Assembly (NCBI GenBank): GCA_016199085.1
Contig: JACQHJ010000001.1
Coordinates: 72,477 to 136,476 of the forward strand
Direction of reading: 5' to 3'
DNA from: Candidatus Levyibacteriota bacterium
GTDB lineage: Bacteria; Patescibacteriota; Microgenomatia; Levybacterales; UBA12049
Length of the DNA: 64,000 nucleotides
The notes under the pieces are model-generated. The model had not been told where the DNA came from and did no database searches. It saw only the letters and a list, made by a program, of their open reading frames with translations. A program made the position numbers and the translations under genes. Below are positions 9,893-18,333 of the stretch, piece after piece (within the stretch, counting starts at the first letter, position 1; every line of letters starts with the position of its first letter).

Positions 9893-10780
9893 ATGGCAGA
9901 CAAAGATTATTATTCAATTCTTGGTGTTTCAAAATCAGCAAGCGCAGAAGATATTAAAAAAGCATATAGAAAGCTTGCACTTCAGTATCATCCTGATAGA
10001 AATAAAGGGAAAGAGTCTGAGGATAAATTTAAAGAAGTGACTAAAGCTTATGAGGTTTTATCTGATCCTTCAAAGAGACAAACCTACGATCAATTCGGAG
10101 AAGCTGCTTTCCAACAAGGCGGGCCTGGCGCAGGAGGACCTTTTGGAGGAGGATTTCAAGGACAAGGCGGACAATACGGACCCTTTACTTATACATATAC
10201 AACAGGAGGTAATGCGGGTGGTTTTGACTTCGGTGGATTTTCAGACCCCTTTGATATCTTTGAACAGTTCTTTGGAGGAGCAAATCCATTCAGTAGGACT
10301 CAAAGAAGGCCTACTTATGCACTTTCAATTTCCTTTATGGATGCTATAAACGGAGCAACAAAGAAAGTTAATTTAGGAGGAAAAACTCAAACTATTAAAA
10401 TCCCGGCAGGAGTTGATAGTGGATCAAGAATAAGATTTGGAGATTCCGAAGTCATAATTGAAGTAGAGCCTCATAGGAAATTTCAAAGACAGGGATATGA
10501 TATCGTAACCGAGGAAGAAATATCTTTTCCGAAAGCAGCATTAGGAGATGAGCTGGAAGTTGAAACGGTACAGGGAAATGTAAGAATAAAAATTCCTGCA
10601 GGTACTCAGCCGGAAACTGTGATTAGATTAAGAGGAAAAGGAGTAAGAATGTTAAGGGGGTCAGGTCATGGGGATCATTACGTAAGAATAAAGGTAACTG
10701 TCCCCAAAAACCTAACAGGACATCAAAGAGAGATTTTGAAAGAATTTGAAGAAGGTAAGAAAAAATCTAGCTGGTTTTAA
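9893..10780 (+). CDS. dnaJ: DnaJ-family co-chaperone with a J domain and G/F region but no CxxCxGxG zinc finger (type II/CbpA-like)
   Basis: DYYSILGV...YHPDRNKG J-domain, a Gly/Phe-rich linker and a C-terminal beta domain; no Cys repeats. Confidence 0.8.
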   Translation: MADKDYYSILGVSKSASAEDIKKAYRKLALQYHPDRNKGKESEDKFKEVTKAYEVLSDPSKRQTYDQFGEAAFQQGGPGAGGPFGGGFQGQGGQYGPFTYTYTTGGNAGGFDFGGFSDPFDIFEQFFGGANPFSRTQRRPTYALSISFMDAINGATKKVNLGGKTQTIKIPAGVDSGSRIRFGDSEVIIEVEPHRKFQRQGYDIVTEEEISFPKAALGDELEVETVQGNVRIKIPAGTQPETVIRLRGKGVRMLRGSGHGDHYVRIKVTVPKNLTGHQREILKEFEEGKKKSSWF

Positions 10781-10794
10781 TTTATAATTAAAAA

Positions 10795-11220
10795 ATGATA
10801 TATATCTTTTTAGGATTAGTTTTTTATACATCGTTGCTTCTTATTGGAACATTTGCTTCTAGAATGGCAAATACAAATTTGGTTTCTGCGATTGTCAGTT
10901 TATTTTCTGCAATTATCCCAACACTTGTTGCAATACCGCTTTTAAATAAGGCAACAATTGAAAATCAAAGAATAGGAGTAATGGCTGCTATAATAGCAGG
11001 TCTTATTGTCGGCCTTTTTACTTTGGTTTTAAATAAAAGTTTAGCTGTAAATAAAGTAGGTATCGTTATTCCAATTATCTTTGGTGGATCAATATTTTTA
11101 TCAACAATACTAAGTTATTTTATTTTTAAAGAAAAAGTAAGTTTAATGCATGGAATTGGCCTTGGTTTTTTAGGGATTGGGATTTTAATCATAACCTACG
11201 TAAAGTTTGTTGAAAAATAA
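10795..11220 (+). CDS. four-TM small membrane protein (EamA/SMR-like half transporter)
   Basis: 141 aa with four hydrophobic helices. Confidence 0.4.
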   Translation: MIYIFLGLVFYTSLLLIGTFASRMANTNLVSAIVSLFSAIIPTLVAIPLLNKATIENQRIGVMAAIIAGLIVGLFTLVLNKSLAVNKVGIVIPIIFGGSIFLSTILSYFIFKEKVSLMHGIGLGFLGIGILIITYVKFVEK

Positions 11221-11241
11221 AAATCAGTCTTTGTTTGTAAT

Positions 11242-11595
11242 TTGTCCTCAATCTTATATACTAAATATATGTACAGACTGCCTTTTGACCTTGTTAAATT
11301 TTGGTATGTAGAAGCGCCTCTTTCTTTAATCAGTTTTTTCGGCATTGTTAATAAGCAATTTTTAACTCTTTTTTCTCTTCCCCTGATGCTTAAGACTTTT
11401 TTCAGGCCCTGGAAGAATGAATACAGGGAAGGCTTGGTGGGATTTTCTATCTTTATGGGAATTGCATTTAAAACTCTCTTTATCCTTATAGATTTGGTTA
11501 TCCTGGCTTTTCTAATAGTATCAGAAGCTATATTATTTGTCTGGTTTTTGGCGTTTCCGGCAGTTATTGTTTATCTATTTTTAATTAAACTATGA
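11242..11595 (+). CDS. hypothetical membrane protein
   Basis: 117 aa, hydrophobic. Confidence 0.35.
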   Translation: MSSILYTKYMYRLPFDLVKFWYVEAPLSLISFFGIVNKQFLTLFSLPLMLKTFFRPWKNEYREGLVGFSIFMGIAFKTLFILIDLVILAFLIVSEAILFVWFLAFPAVIVYLFLIKL

Positions 11596-13961
11596 AATTT
11601 TACGCAAGACTTTATTCTTTCTACAACAGCTTAGTTATTAAGCTTTGTAGGGCTTTCTTACTTATCGCTCTAATTCCTCTTTCCTTTCTTTCCTTAACTG
11701 ACTTACTTTATCCAAACTTTATAATTGCGGTTTTGTCGATTTTTCTAATCTTTGAAATATTTTTTAAGTTTAAGGTTGAAAGACTAATGCCTAGGGTTTT
11801 GGTATCAGAAAACAGCGATGATCCGCTTAATTCATTTACGCTTTTGGCATTAAGCTCATTTTTAACAAGCTCCAATACCCAAAAACTAATTGAAAATCTT
11901 TTAAATAAACCTCAGGTTAAGTTCATTTTGGAAAAAGCAGATATTGAAAGAAAGCAGTTAAAGCTGGTCGATATAGATAAAAATGAGCTTGCCAAAGAAG
12001 CACTTCATGTTGCAAAGCAGGCAAACGGAAAATACGTTACAACCATGGATTTAATCACCTCCCATCTTTTGTTATCTGAATCCCAGACAAAACTTTTGTT
12101 TTCCAAAAAACTAAAGCCTGAGGATCTGGAAGCAATTTTAATCTGGGCCAGAAACAGATATAAAAAAGAGGAAAATCCAAAGCGCACTCATCTTTTCTGG
12201 GGAGAAGGAATTGCCGAAGACTGGGTCTATGGCTGGACAAATGAAACGCAAAAATACATGCTTGATCTAACCTCCCAATTTATCAACAAAAAGAAAAACG
12301 CAATCGGGCGAATAAACGAATATAATCAATTACTCGAAAGTTTATATGCAGGCAAAAGCACTATTCTGGTGGGAGAGTCGGGAAGCGGTAAGACGGCGGT
12401 TGTTGAGCATTTGGCAAGAGAAAGCTTTACTGGTCTTTTATCAAAAAACCTTTTCCACCAAAGAATATTTCAATTAATGGTAGATGCTTTTATGGCAGGA
12501 GCTACAACGCAGGGCGAACTTGAACAAAGGCTTGATAATATTATCCAAGAGGTGTCTCACAGTGGGAACATCATAGTTTTCATTCCAAATATTGATAATA
12601 TCCTTGGGAATTCAAGCTTTAACTTAAATATCTCCGGAGCATTAATTCCTTATATTAAAAACGGCAATATCAGGATTATCGCAACTGCAACCCCAGCTTC
12701 TTTTAAAAAATATGTCGAGGCAAATCCTTCATTTATGGAAAACTTCTCGGTCATTAAGTTTGAGAATCTTGACAGGGCAAAAGTACTTGAAATCCTGTTT
12801 AGAAAAGCATCTTTTATAGAAGAAAAAACCAAAACGGTTTTAACCTATAAGGCAATACTTTCCAGCTTTAACTTTGCCAATTCATATATCAAGGAAAAAG
12901 TTCTTCCCGGAAGCGCAGTCATTCTACTTGAGGATACGGCAAACGCAGTTTCACTCTCCGGAAAGGCAATAGTTGAGGAACAAAATGTTGAGGAACAAAT
13001 AACAAAGAAAGTGCATATGAATGTCGGAGAGCCAAAACAGGTAGAGAAAAATCTTCTCTTAAATCTCGAAAAGCAAATGCATTTAAGAGTAATAGGTCAA
13101 GACGAAGCCGTCTCAACGATATCTGAGGCTATTAGAAGAGTAAGGGCAGGACTTAAAACTTCCCAAAAACCCATCTCATTTTTGTTTTTGGGGCCAACAG
13201 GAGTTGGTAAAACAGAAACGGCAAAAGCTTTGGCGCAGAGTTATTTCGGAGACGATAAAAAAATGATCAGGCTTGATATGAGTGAGTTCTCAGGAATTGA
13301 CGGAGAGAAAAGACTATTGGGAGCTCCTCCTGGTCAGGGAGATGAAAAAGGACAACTAACAGAAAGTATTTATGACAATCCATATTCAATGGTTTTACTT
13401 GATGAGTTTGAAAAAGCAGATCAAAAAATCCTTGATTTGTTTTTACAGGTGTTTGACGATGGAAGACTGACTGATAATAAAGGAAAGACAGTTTCATTTA
13501 TAAACTCTGTTATTATTGCAACTTCAAATGCAGCCTCAGAATATATTAGAGAACAAATTGGTAAAGGAGTAAAAGTAGACGGGAGTTTTTACAGCCAGCT
13601 GTTGGAATATTTACAAACCAAGCAAATATTTAAACCTGAGCTTTTAAACAGATTTGACGCAATTATTGTCTTTAAGCCACTTAATCAGGCTCAAATCCAA
13701 CAAATTGTTAAAATACTTCTAACTGAATTTACAAATAGACTTAAAGAGAAAGACATTGTAGCTTCATTTGATGAAAAGATAGTAGCAAAAATTGCAAATG
13801 AGGGGTTTGATAAGGATTTTGGAGCAAGACCCTTAAGAAGATTTATTCAGGACAACATTGAAGATTTAATTGCCCAGAAAATGTTAAAAGATGAGATTAA
13901 AAGGGGAGATAAGATTTTAATTTCAGTAGACACAAATGGCAATATTGAGATAAACAAATAA
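11592..13961 (+). CDS. Hsp100/Clp-family double AAA+ ATPase with an N-terminal TM anchor, no M-domain and a degenerate D1 Walker B / Arg finger
   Basis: D1 Walker A GESGSGKT; the position of the ClpB Walker B reads IIVFIPNID rather than hhhhDE; D2 has GPTGVGKTETAKALA and LLDEFEKAD. The first ~65 residues are hydrophobic. Confidence 0.85.
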   Translation: MKFYARLYSFYNSLVIKLCRAFLLIALIPLSFLSLTDLLYPNFIIAVLSIFLIFEIFFKFKVERLMPRVLVSENSDDPLNSFTLLALSSFLTSSNTQKLIENLLNKPQVKFILEKADIERKQLKLVDIDKNELAKEALHVAKQANGKYVTTMDLITSHLLLSESQTKLLFSKKLKPEDLEAILIWARNRYKKEENPKRTHLFWGEGIAEDWVYGWTNETQKYMLDLTSQFINKKKNAIGRINEYNQLLESLYAGKSTILVGESGSGKTAVVEHLARESFTGLLSKNLFHQRIFQLMVDAFMAGATTQGELEQRLDNIIQEVSHSGNIIVFIPNIDNILGNSSFNLNISGALIPYIKNGNIRIIATATPASFKKYVEANPSFMENFSVIKFENLDRAKVLEILFRKASFIEEKTKTVLTYKAILSSFNFANSYIKEKVLPGSAVILLEDTANAVSLSGKAIVEEQNVEEQITKKVHMNVGEPKQVEKNLLLNLEKQMHLRVIGQDEAVSTISEAIRRVRAGLKTSQKPISFLFLGPTGVGKTETAKALAQSYFGDDKKMIRLDMSEFSGIDGEKRLLGAPPGQGDEKGQLTESIYDNPYSMVLLDEFEKADQKILDLFLQVFDDGRLTDNKGKTVSFINSVIIATSNAASEYIREQIGKGVKVDGSFYSQLLEYLQTKQIFKPELLNRFDAIIVFKPLNQAQIQQIVKILLTEFTNRLKEKDIVASFDEKIVAKIANEGFDKDFGARPLRRFIQDNIEDLIAQKMLKDEIKRGDKILISVDTNGNIEINK

Positions 13962-14019
13962 ATTTACCCTCTTAATCTTCTTGAAGCAAGGCTCCCAAAA
14001 TGATATACTTGTCTCCATT

Positions 14020-15231
14020 ATGCCAGCAATACAAAGAAGTGAATTTGCTCTTGCTTTAAATCAGGTTTCAAACGAAAGAGGCCTCGATCCGGCTATTGTT
14101 TTGGAAACAGTTCAAAACGCAATTCTTGCAGCATATAGAAAAGATCACCCTGAAGCTGAACTTGAAGAATTTAGAGCTGAACTTAATGCCAATACGGGAG
14201 AGGCTAAAATATTTCATAAAGATGAAGACGTAACTCCTCCCGGCTTTGGAAGAATTGCAGCCCAGACCGCAAAACAGGTAATACTGCAAAAGATAAGAGA
14301 GAAGGAAAAAGAAACAATCATCTCTGACTTTAGACAAAGAATTGGAACAATAGTCAATGGTATGGTCCTAAGATTTGCAGGACCAAATGTGATAGTCGAT
14401 ATCGGAAAAACAGAAGCTATCATGCCTCCAAACGAGCAGATTGTAAATGAAAAATATCATCTAAACCAAAGATTAACCGTCTATATTGTTGAAATTAAAG
14501 AAGGCTTAAGAGGAGAAGAAGTAGTTGTCTCAAGAGCCGCAAACGGACTTTTAGAAGGTTTATTTAAAAGAGAAGTTCCTGAAGTCGCCCAGGGAGCGGT
14601 AGAAATAAAGTCAATTGAAAGAGAACCCGGCAACAGAAGCAAAGTCGCAGTCTACTCAAACCAGTCGGGCATTGATCCTGTCGGAAGCTGTGTCGGACAA
14701 AAAGGAGTCAGAGTTCAGGCTATTATTGCCGAATTTAACGGAATAGAAAAAATCGATATCATCCAATGGCAGGAAGCAATAGAAAAATATGTTCAGGCAG
14801 CACTTTCTCCCGCAAAACAATTAACGGTTAAGATAGATGAAGATGAAAAATTGGCCAAAGTAAAAGTTGCCCCTGAAGAACTTTCTTTGGCAATCGGAAA
14901 AGACGGCCAAAACGTAAGGCTTGCTTCAAAGTTAACAGGCTACAGAATTGAAATTGAAGGAGACGAAAAGCTTTCAGCAATTCCCCAGGAGGAAGCAAAA
15001 CCAAAGGAAGAGGTAGATAAAGAGAAAGCGAGCAAAGAACCAAAGGGAAAAGAAAAAGCAGCTGAAGCAGTGCCCGCTGCAGCTGATGACAAAACTCCTA
15101 CGGTTTCAGAAGAGGTAAAAGCTGAGGAAGAAAGAATTGAAAAAGATATAGAAGGTCAGGCTCAAAGCGAATCAGAAGAGACAATGAACAAGGAAAGCAA
15201 ACCTAGTGAAGATTCCGACAAGTCTAAATAA
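14020..15231 (+). CDS. nusA: transcription termination/antitermination factor NusA with a K/E-rich C-terminal tail (the ORF could extend to a TTG at 13981)
   Basis: MPAIQRSEFALALNQVSNERGLDPAIVLETVQNAILAAYRK N-terminus and KH regions LAIGKDGQNVRLASKLTGYRIEI. Confidence 0.9.
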   Translation: MPAIQRSEFALALNQVSNERGLDPAIVLETVQNAILAAYRKDHPEAELEEFRAELNANTGEAKIFHKDEDVTPPGFGRIAAQTAKQVILQKIREKEKETIISDFRQRIGTIVNGMVLRFAGPNVIVDIGKTEAIMPPNEQIVNEKYHLNQRLTVYIVEIKEGLRGEEVVVSRAANGLLEGLFKREVPEVAQGAVEIKSIEREPGNRSKVAVYSNQSGIDPVGSCVGQKGVRVQAIIAEFNGIEKIDIIQWQEAIEKYVQAALSPAKQLTVKIDEDEKLAKVKVAPEELSLAIGKDGQNVRLASKLTGYRIEIEGDEKLSAIPQEEAKPKEEVDKEKASKEPKGKEKAAEAVPAAADDKTPTVSEEVKAEEERIEKDIEGQAQSESEETMNKESKPSEDSDKSK

Positions 15232-15285
15232 TATGAAAAATTATTTATTAAAAGTAAAATTCTTGTCGATAAAAGAAAATAATTT

Positions 15286-16752
15286 ATGGATAAACCAAGT
15301 AAGTCACAAAATGATAATAAATTCTACCCACCGGTAGTTGCGGTATTGGGCCACGTTGACCACGGAAAAACAACCCTTCTTGACGCAATCAGGAAAACCA
15401 ATGTAGCCTTACGAGAACACGGCGGTATTACCCAAAAAATCGGAGCCTCCCAAATTGAAGTAACACACGAGGGTAAAAAAGAATATATCACCTTTATAGA
15501 TACCCCCGGACACGAAGCTTTTTCCAATATGAGGGGAAGGGGAGTCGCAGCAGCTGATATTGGACTGCTTGTTATATCAAGTGTTGACGGGGTAATGCCG
15601 CAGACTGTTGAGAGCATCAATCTTCTAAAACAATCCAAAGTTCCTTTTATAGTTGTCTTTACAAAATCAGATGATCCTCAAAAATTGGTTGATAAAGCAA
15701 TCCAGCAGCTTTTAAAACAGGAAGTTATGCTTGAAAACTACGGAGGAGATGTGCCTTTTATAGAAGTAAGCGCCAAAGAGAATAAAAATATCGATAAACT
15801 TTTAGATTTAATACTTTTGGTCTATGAAGTCAAAAGACACGCAAACTTCTATCCCTTTTCCGACTCAGGTCCATTTATGGGTATTGTCATTGAATCAAAA
15901 CTTGATCAAAGATCAGGACCAAAAGCGACTGTTATAGTTAAAAACGGAAAGCTTAAATTCAAGGATGAAATCTACGCGGCAAACGCCAAGGGAAAAGTAA
16001 GAAGCCTTGTTACTAGCAACGGAAAGATAGTCACGGAGGCTGGGGTTGGTGAAGGAGTTGAAGTTTTGGGATTTGAAAGCGTTCCACCTGTTGGAGAAGT
16101 AGTCACGACAACGCCAAAAGAAGTAAAGCTTGAGTATAGTCAAGAAATTTCAAACCTGCCAACGTCTCCTTTTACGGAAGAAAACCAAAACATGCTTTCA
16201 GTTGTCTTATGTGCAGATAGCCAGGGGTCTTTGGAGGCTATAGCCAATTCAATGCCTGAGAAAGTAAAGTTTGTCATTAAAAAAACCGGAGACATTGAGG
16301 TCTCAGACATTTTATTTGCCAAATCAACAGGTTCAATAGTCTTAGGCTTTAACGTCAAATTAAAACCTGAGATTCAAACTCTTGCCAAAACTGAAAAAGT
16401 CCTGGTCAAAACCTACACCATTATTTATGAAATGATCGATGAGATAAGCGACTTTGTCCAAGGAAAACTTGAGGCTTTACAGGAAGAAATATTGGGAATT
16501 GGCAAGATCCTTGCCAGTTTCCCCTTTGAAAAAACTAAAGTCTGCGGAATACGAGTTGAAGAAGGAAGAATAGCAAAAGGCGATAAAGTAAGACTGACTA
16601 GAGGTGAGAGCGTAATCGGCGAAACAAGAATCATTTCTGTTAGAAAAGGCAAAGAACAGACCTCAAAAGTAGAACAAGGCCAAGAAGCAGGTATAATCCT
16701 CTCCCCTTTTCTTGACTTTACTATAGGAGATATGGTAATATCCCATAGCTAA
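15286..16752 (+). CDS. infB: translation initiation factor IF-2, minimal form starting at the G domain
   Basis: VVAVLGHVDHGKTTLLD, DTPGHEAF and TKSD GTPase motifs; 488 aa; nusA-infB synteny. Confidence 0.9.
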   Translation: MDKPSKSQNDNKFYPPVVAVLGHVDHGKTTLLDAIRKTNVALREHGGITQKIGASQIEVTHEGKKEYITFIDTPGHEAFSNMRGRGVAAADIGLLVISSVDGVMPQTVESINLLKQSKVPFIVVFTKSDDPQKLVDKAIQQLLKQEVMLENYGGDVPFIEVSAKENKNIDKLLDLILLVYEVKRHANFYPFSDSGPFMGIVIESKLDQRSGPKATVIVKNGKLKFKDEIYAANAKGKVRSLVTSNGKIVTEAGVGEGVEVLGFESVPPVGEVVTTTPKEVKLEYSQEISNLPTSPFTEENQNMLSVVLCADSQGSLEAIANSMPEKVKFVIKKTGDIEVSDILFAKSTGSIVLGFNVKLKPEIQTLAKTEKVLVKTYTIIYEMIDEISDFVQGKLEALQEEILGIGKILASFPFEKTKVCGIRVEEGRIAKGDKVRLTRGESVIGETRIISVRKGKEQTSKVEQGQEAGIILSPFLDFTIGDMVISHS

Positions 16753-16760
16753 ATACTTAA

Positions 16761-17696
16761 ATGGACAATTTAACCTTTACAAAAATTAAAGAAGCAATAG
16801 AAAAATATAATAATATTGCTATTGCAGTCCCAAGTAATCCTTTAATGGATGAGATGGCTGCTGCGCTTTCTTTATATCTTTCAATTTCAACTTTGGGCAA
16901 AAGTGTATCAATTGCATCTCCTACAACTCCTTTGGTTGAAGTTTCAAATCTCGTCGGAATCGACAGAGTTCAAAACACATTAGGCGGTGGAACAGGAGAC
17001 CTGGTCGTTTCTTTCCCATACAGGGAAGGAGAAATCGAAAAAGTTTCCTATACAAGAGATGATAATTTCTTAAACATTGTTGTCAAAGCCGGAGAATTAG
17101 GTCTTAACTTTGATGAAAAAGCTGTCAGGTTTACAAGAGGCGGAGCATCTCCCGAGCTTTTGTTTGTAATTGGCGCTGAAAGAGTAACCGATCTTGGAGC
17201 CCTTTATGACGTTAATAATCTTAAAGATACGGTTTTGGTAAACATTGATAACAAAGCCGGAAATCAAGGATACGGAGATATAGTAATGGTTTCAAACAAA
17301 CTTTCTTCAATCTCTGAAGCTGTTGCAAACTTACTCATTTCCTTAAATTACAAAATTGATATTGATGCGGCAGAAAATTTATTAGACGGAATAACCGCTG
17401 CAACAAATAATTTTCAAAACCCAAATACAAGTTCCTTGGCTTTTGAAATGGTGGGTATATTGATGAGAACTGGTGCTCAAAGAGCAACTCAACAAACTCT
17501 AGATCCAAGACAGGCACCAAGACAAGATAATTTTATTAAACAAACAGAAAGACAGATTAAAACTGAACAAATTGAAAGAAAAGAAAATGTTATTAGTCAG
17601 CAAAGTCCAATTAGTCAAGGAGCTCCGATAAACCAAACACCTCCTCCGGATGATTGGCTGGAGCCCAAAATATATAAAGGCTCAACCAACTTCTAA
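16761..17696 (+). CDS. DHH/DHHA1-family protein (NrnA-like) with a degenerate DHH motif
   Basis: IAIAVPSNPLMDEMAAAL occupies the place of the HxNPDGDAxGS motif; GGG-containing DHHA1-like C-terminal half; position after infB matches actinobacterial/firmicute synteny. Confidence 0.5.
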   Translation: MDNLTFTKIKEAIEKYNNIAIAVPSNPLMDEMAAALSLYLSISTLGKSVSIASPTTPLVEVSNLVGIDRVQNTLGGGTGDLVVSFPYREGEIEKVSYTRDDNFLNIVVKAGELGLNFDEKAVRFTRGGASPELLFVIGAERVTDLGALYDVNNLKDTVLVNIDNKAGNQGYGDIVMVSNKLSSISEAVANLLISLNYKIDIDAAENLLDGITAATNNFQNPNTSSLAFEMVGILMRTGAQRATQQTLDPRQAPRQDNFIKQTERQIKTEQIERKENVISQQSPISQGAPINQTPPPDDWLEPKIYKGSTNF

Positions 17697-17763
17697 GCTA
17701 TTATTATTTATGGATGAAAGACCAGAAAACAGCTTTATTTAACATAGGTGTATTATAAGCTAT

Positions 17764-17937
17764 ATGAAACAAAAGGTTTTAAAATATGATGTGGTCTTTG
17801 AGGAACAGCCCGAAGGCGGTTATACTGCAATTGTGCCTTCTTTGCCAGGTTATATTAGCGAAGGAGACACATTTGAAAAAACAAAAGATAACATTGCCGA
17901 TGCTATCAAACTGTATTTAGAAGATTTGTCTAAGTAA
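17764..17937 (+). CDS. HicB-like (UPF0150) antitoxin-family small protein, 57 aa
   Basis: MKQKVLKYDVVFEEQPEGGYTAIVPSLPGYISEGDTFEKTKDNIADAIKLYLEDLSK matches the HicB/UPF0150 pattern; below the ORF-track size cutoff. Confidence 0.45.
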   Translation: MKQKVLKYDVVFEEQPEGGYTAIVPSLPGYISEGDTFEKTKDNIADAIKLYLEDLSK

Positions 17938-17985
17938 GTAGCGTTTTCCTAAAAACCCATTGTTAATAAGGGTTCTTTTAGCCCA

Positions 17986-18014
17986 TTGCTAATTTTATTC
18001 AAAATTGATATAAT
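17986..18014 (+). promoter_or_regulatory. promoter TTGCTA-17-TGaTATAAT (extended -10) for rpsO-pnp
   Basis: Sequence match about 40 nt upstream of the rpsO start. Confidence 0.45.
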
Positions 18015-18054
18015 ACAAATGATTTTATAAAGATAGAAGGTAAGAATATTTAAT

Positions 18055-18324
18055 ATGCCACTTAGTTCTTCACAGAAAAAAGACATAATTAAAGAATTTC
18101 AAACAGTCAAAGGAGATACGGGAAGTCCCGAAGTTCAGGTTGCGCTTTTAACGCATAGAATTGACAGATTAACAGAACATCTAAAGCTTCACGGACATGA
18201 CAATCACTCAAGACGCGGCCTTTTATCAATGATTGCAAAAAGAAGAAGACTAGTTAACTTTTTGGAGAAAGTGGACAAAAAGAGGTCCTCTGAAATTACA
18301 AAGAGAGTTGGACTAAAAGATTAA
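18055..18324 (+). CDS. rpsO: 30S ribosomal protein S15
   Basis: LTHRIDRLTEHLKLHGHDNHSRRGLLSMIAKRRRLVNFL. Confidence 0.95.
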   Translation: MPLSSSQKKDIIKEFQTVKGDTGSPEVQVALLTHRIDRLTEHLKLHGHDNHSRRGLLSMIAKRRRLVNFLEKVDKKRSSEITKRVGLKD

Positions 18325-18333
18325 GTAGATTTA

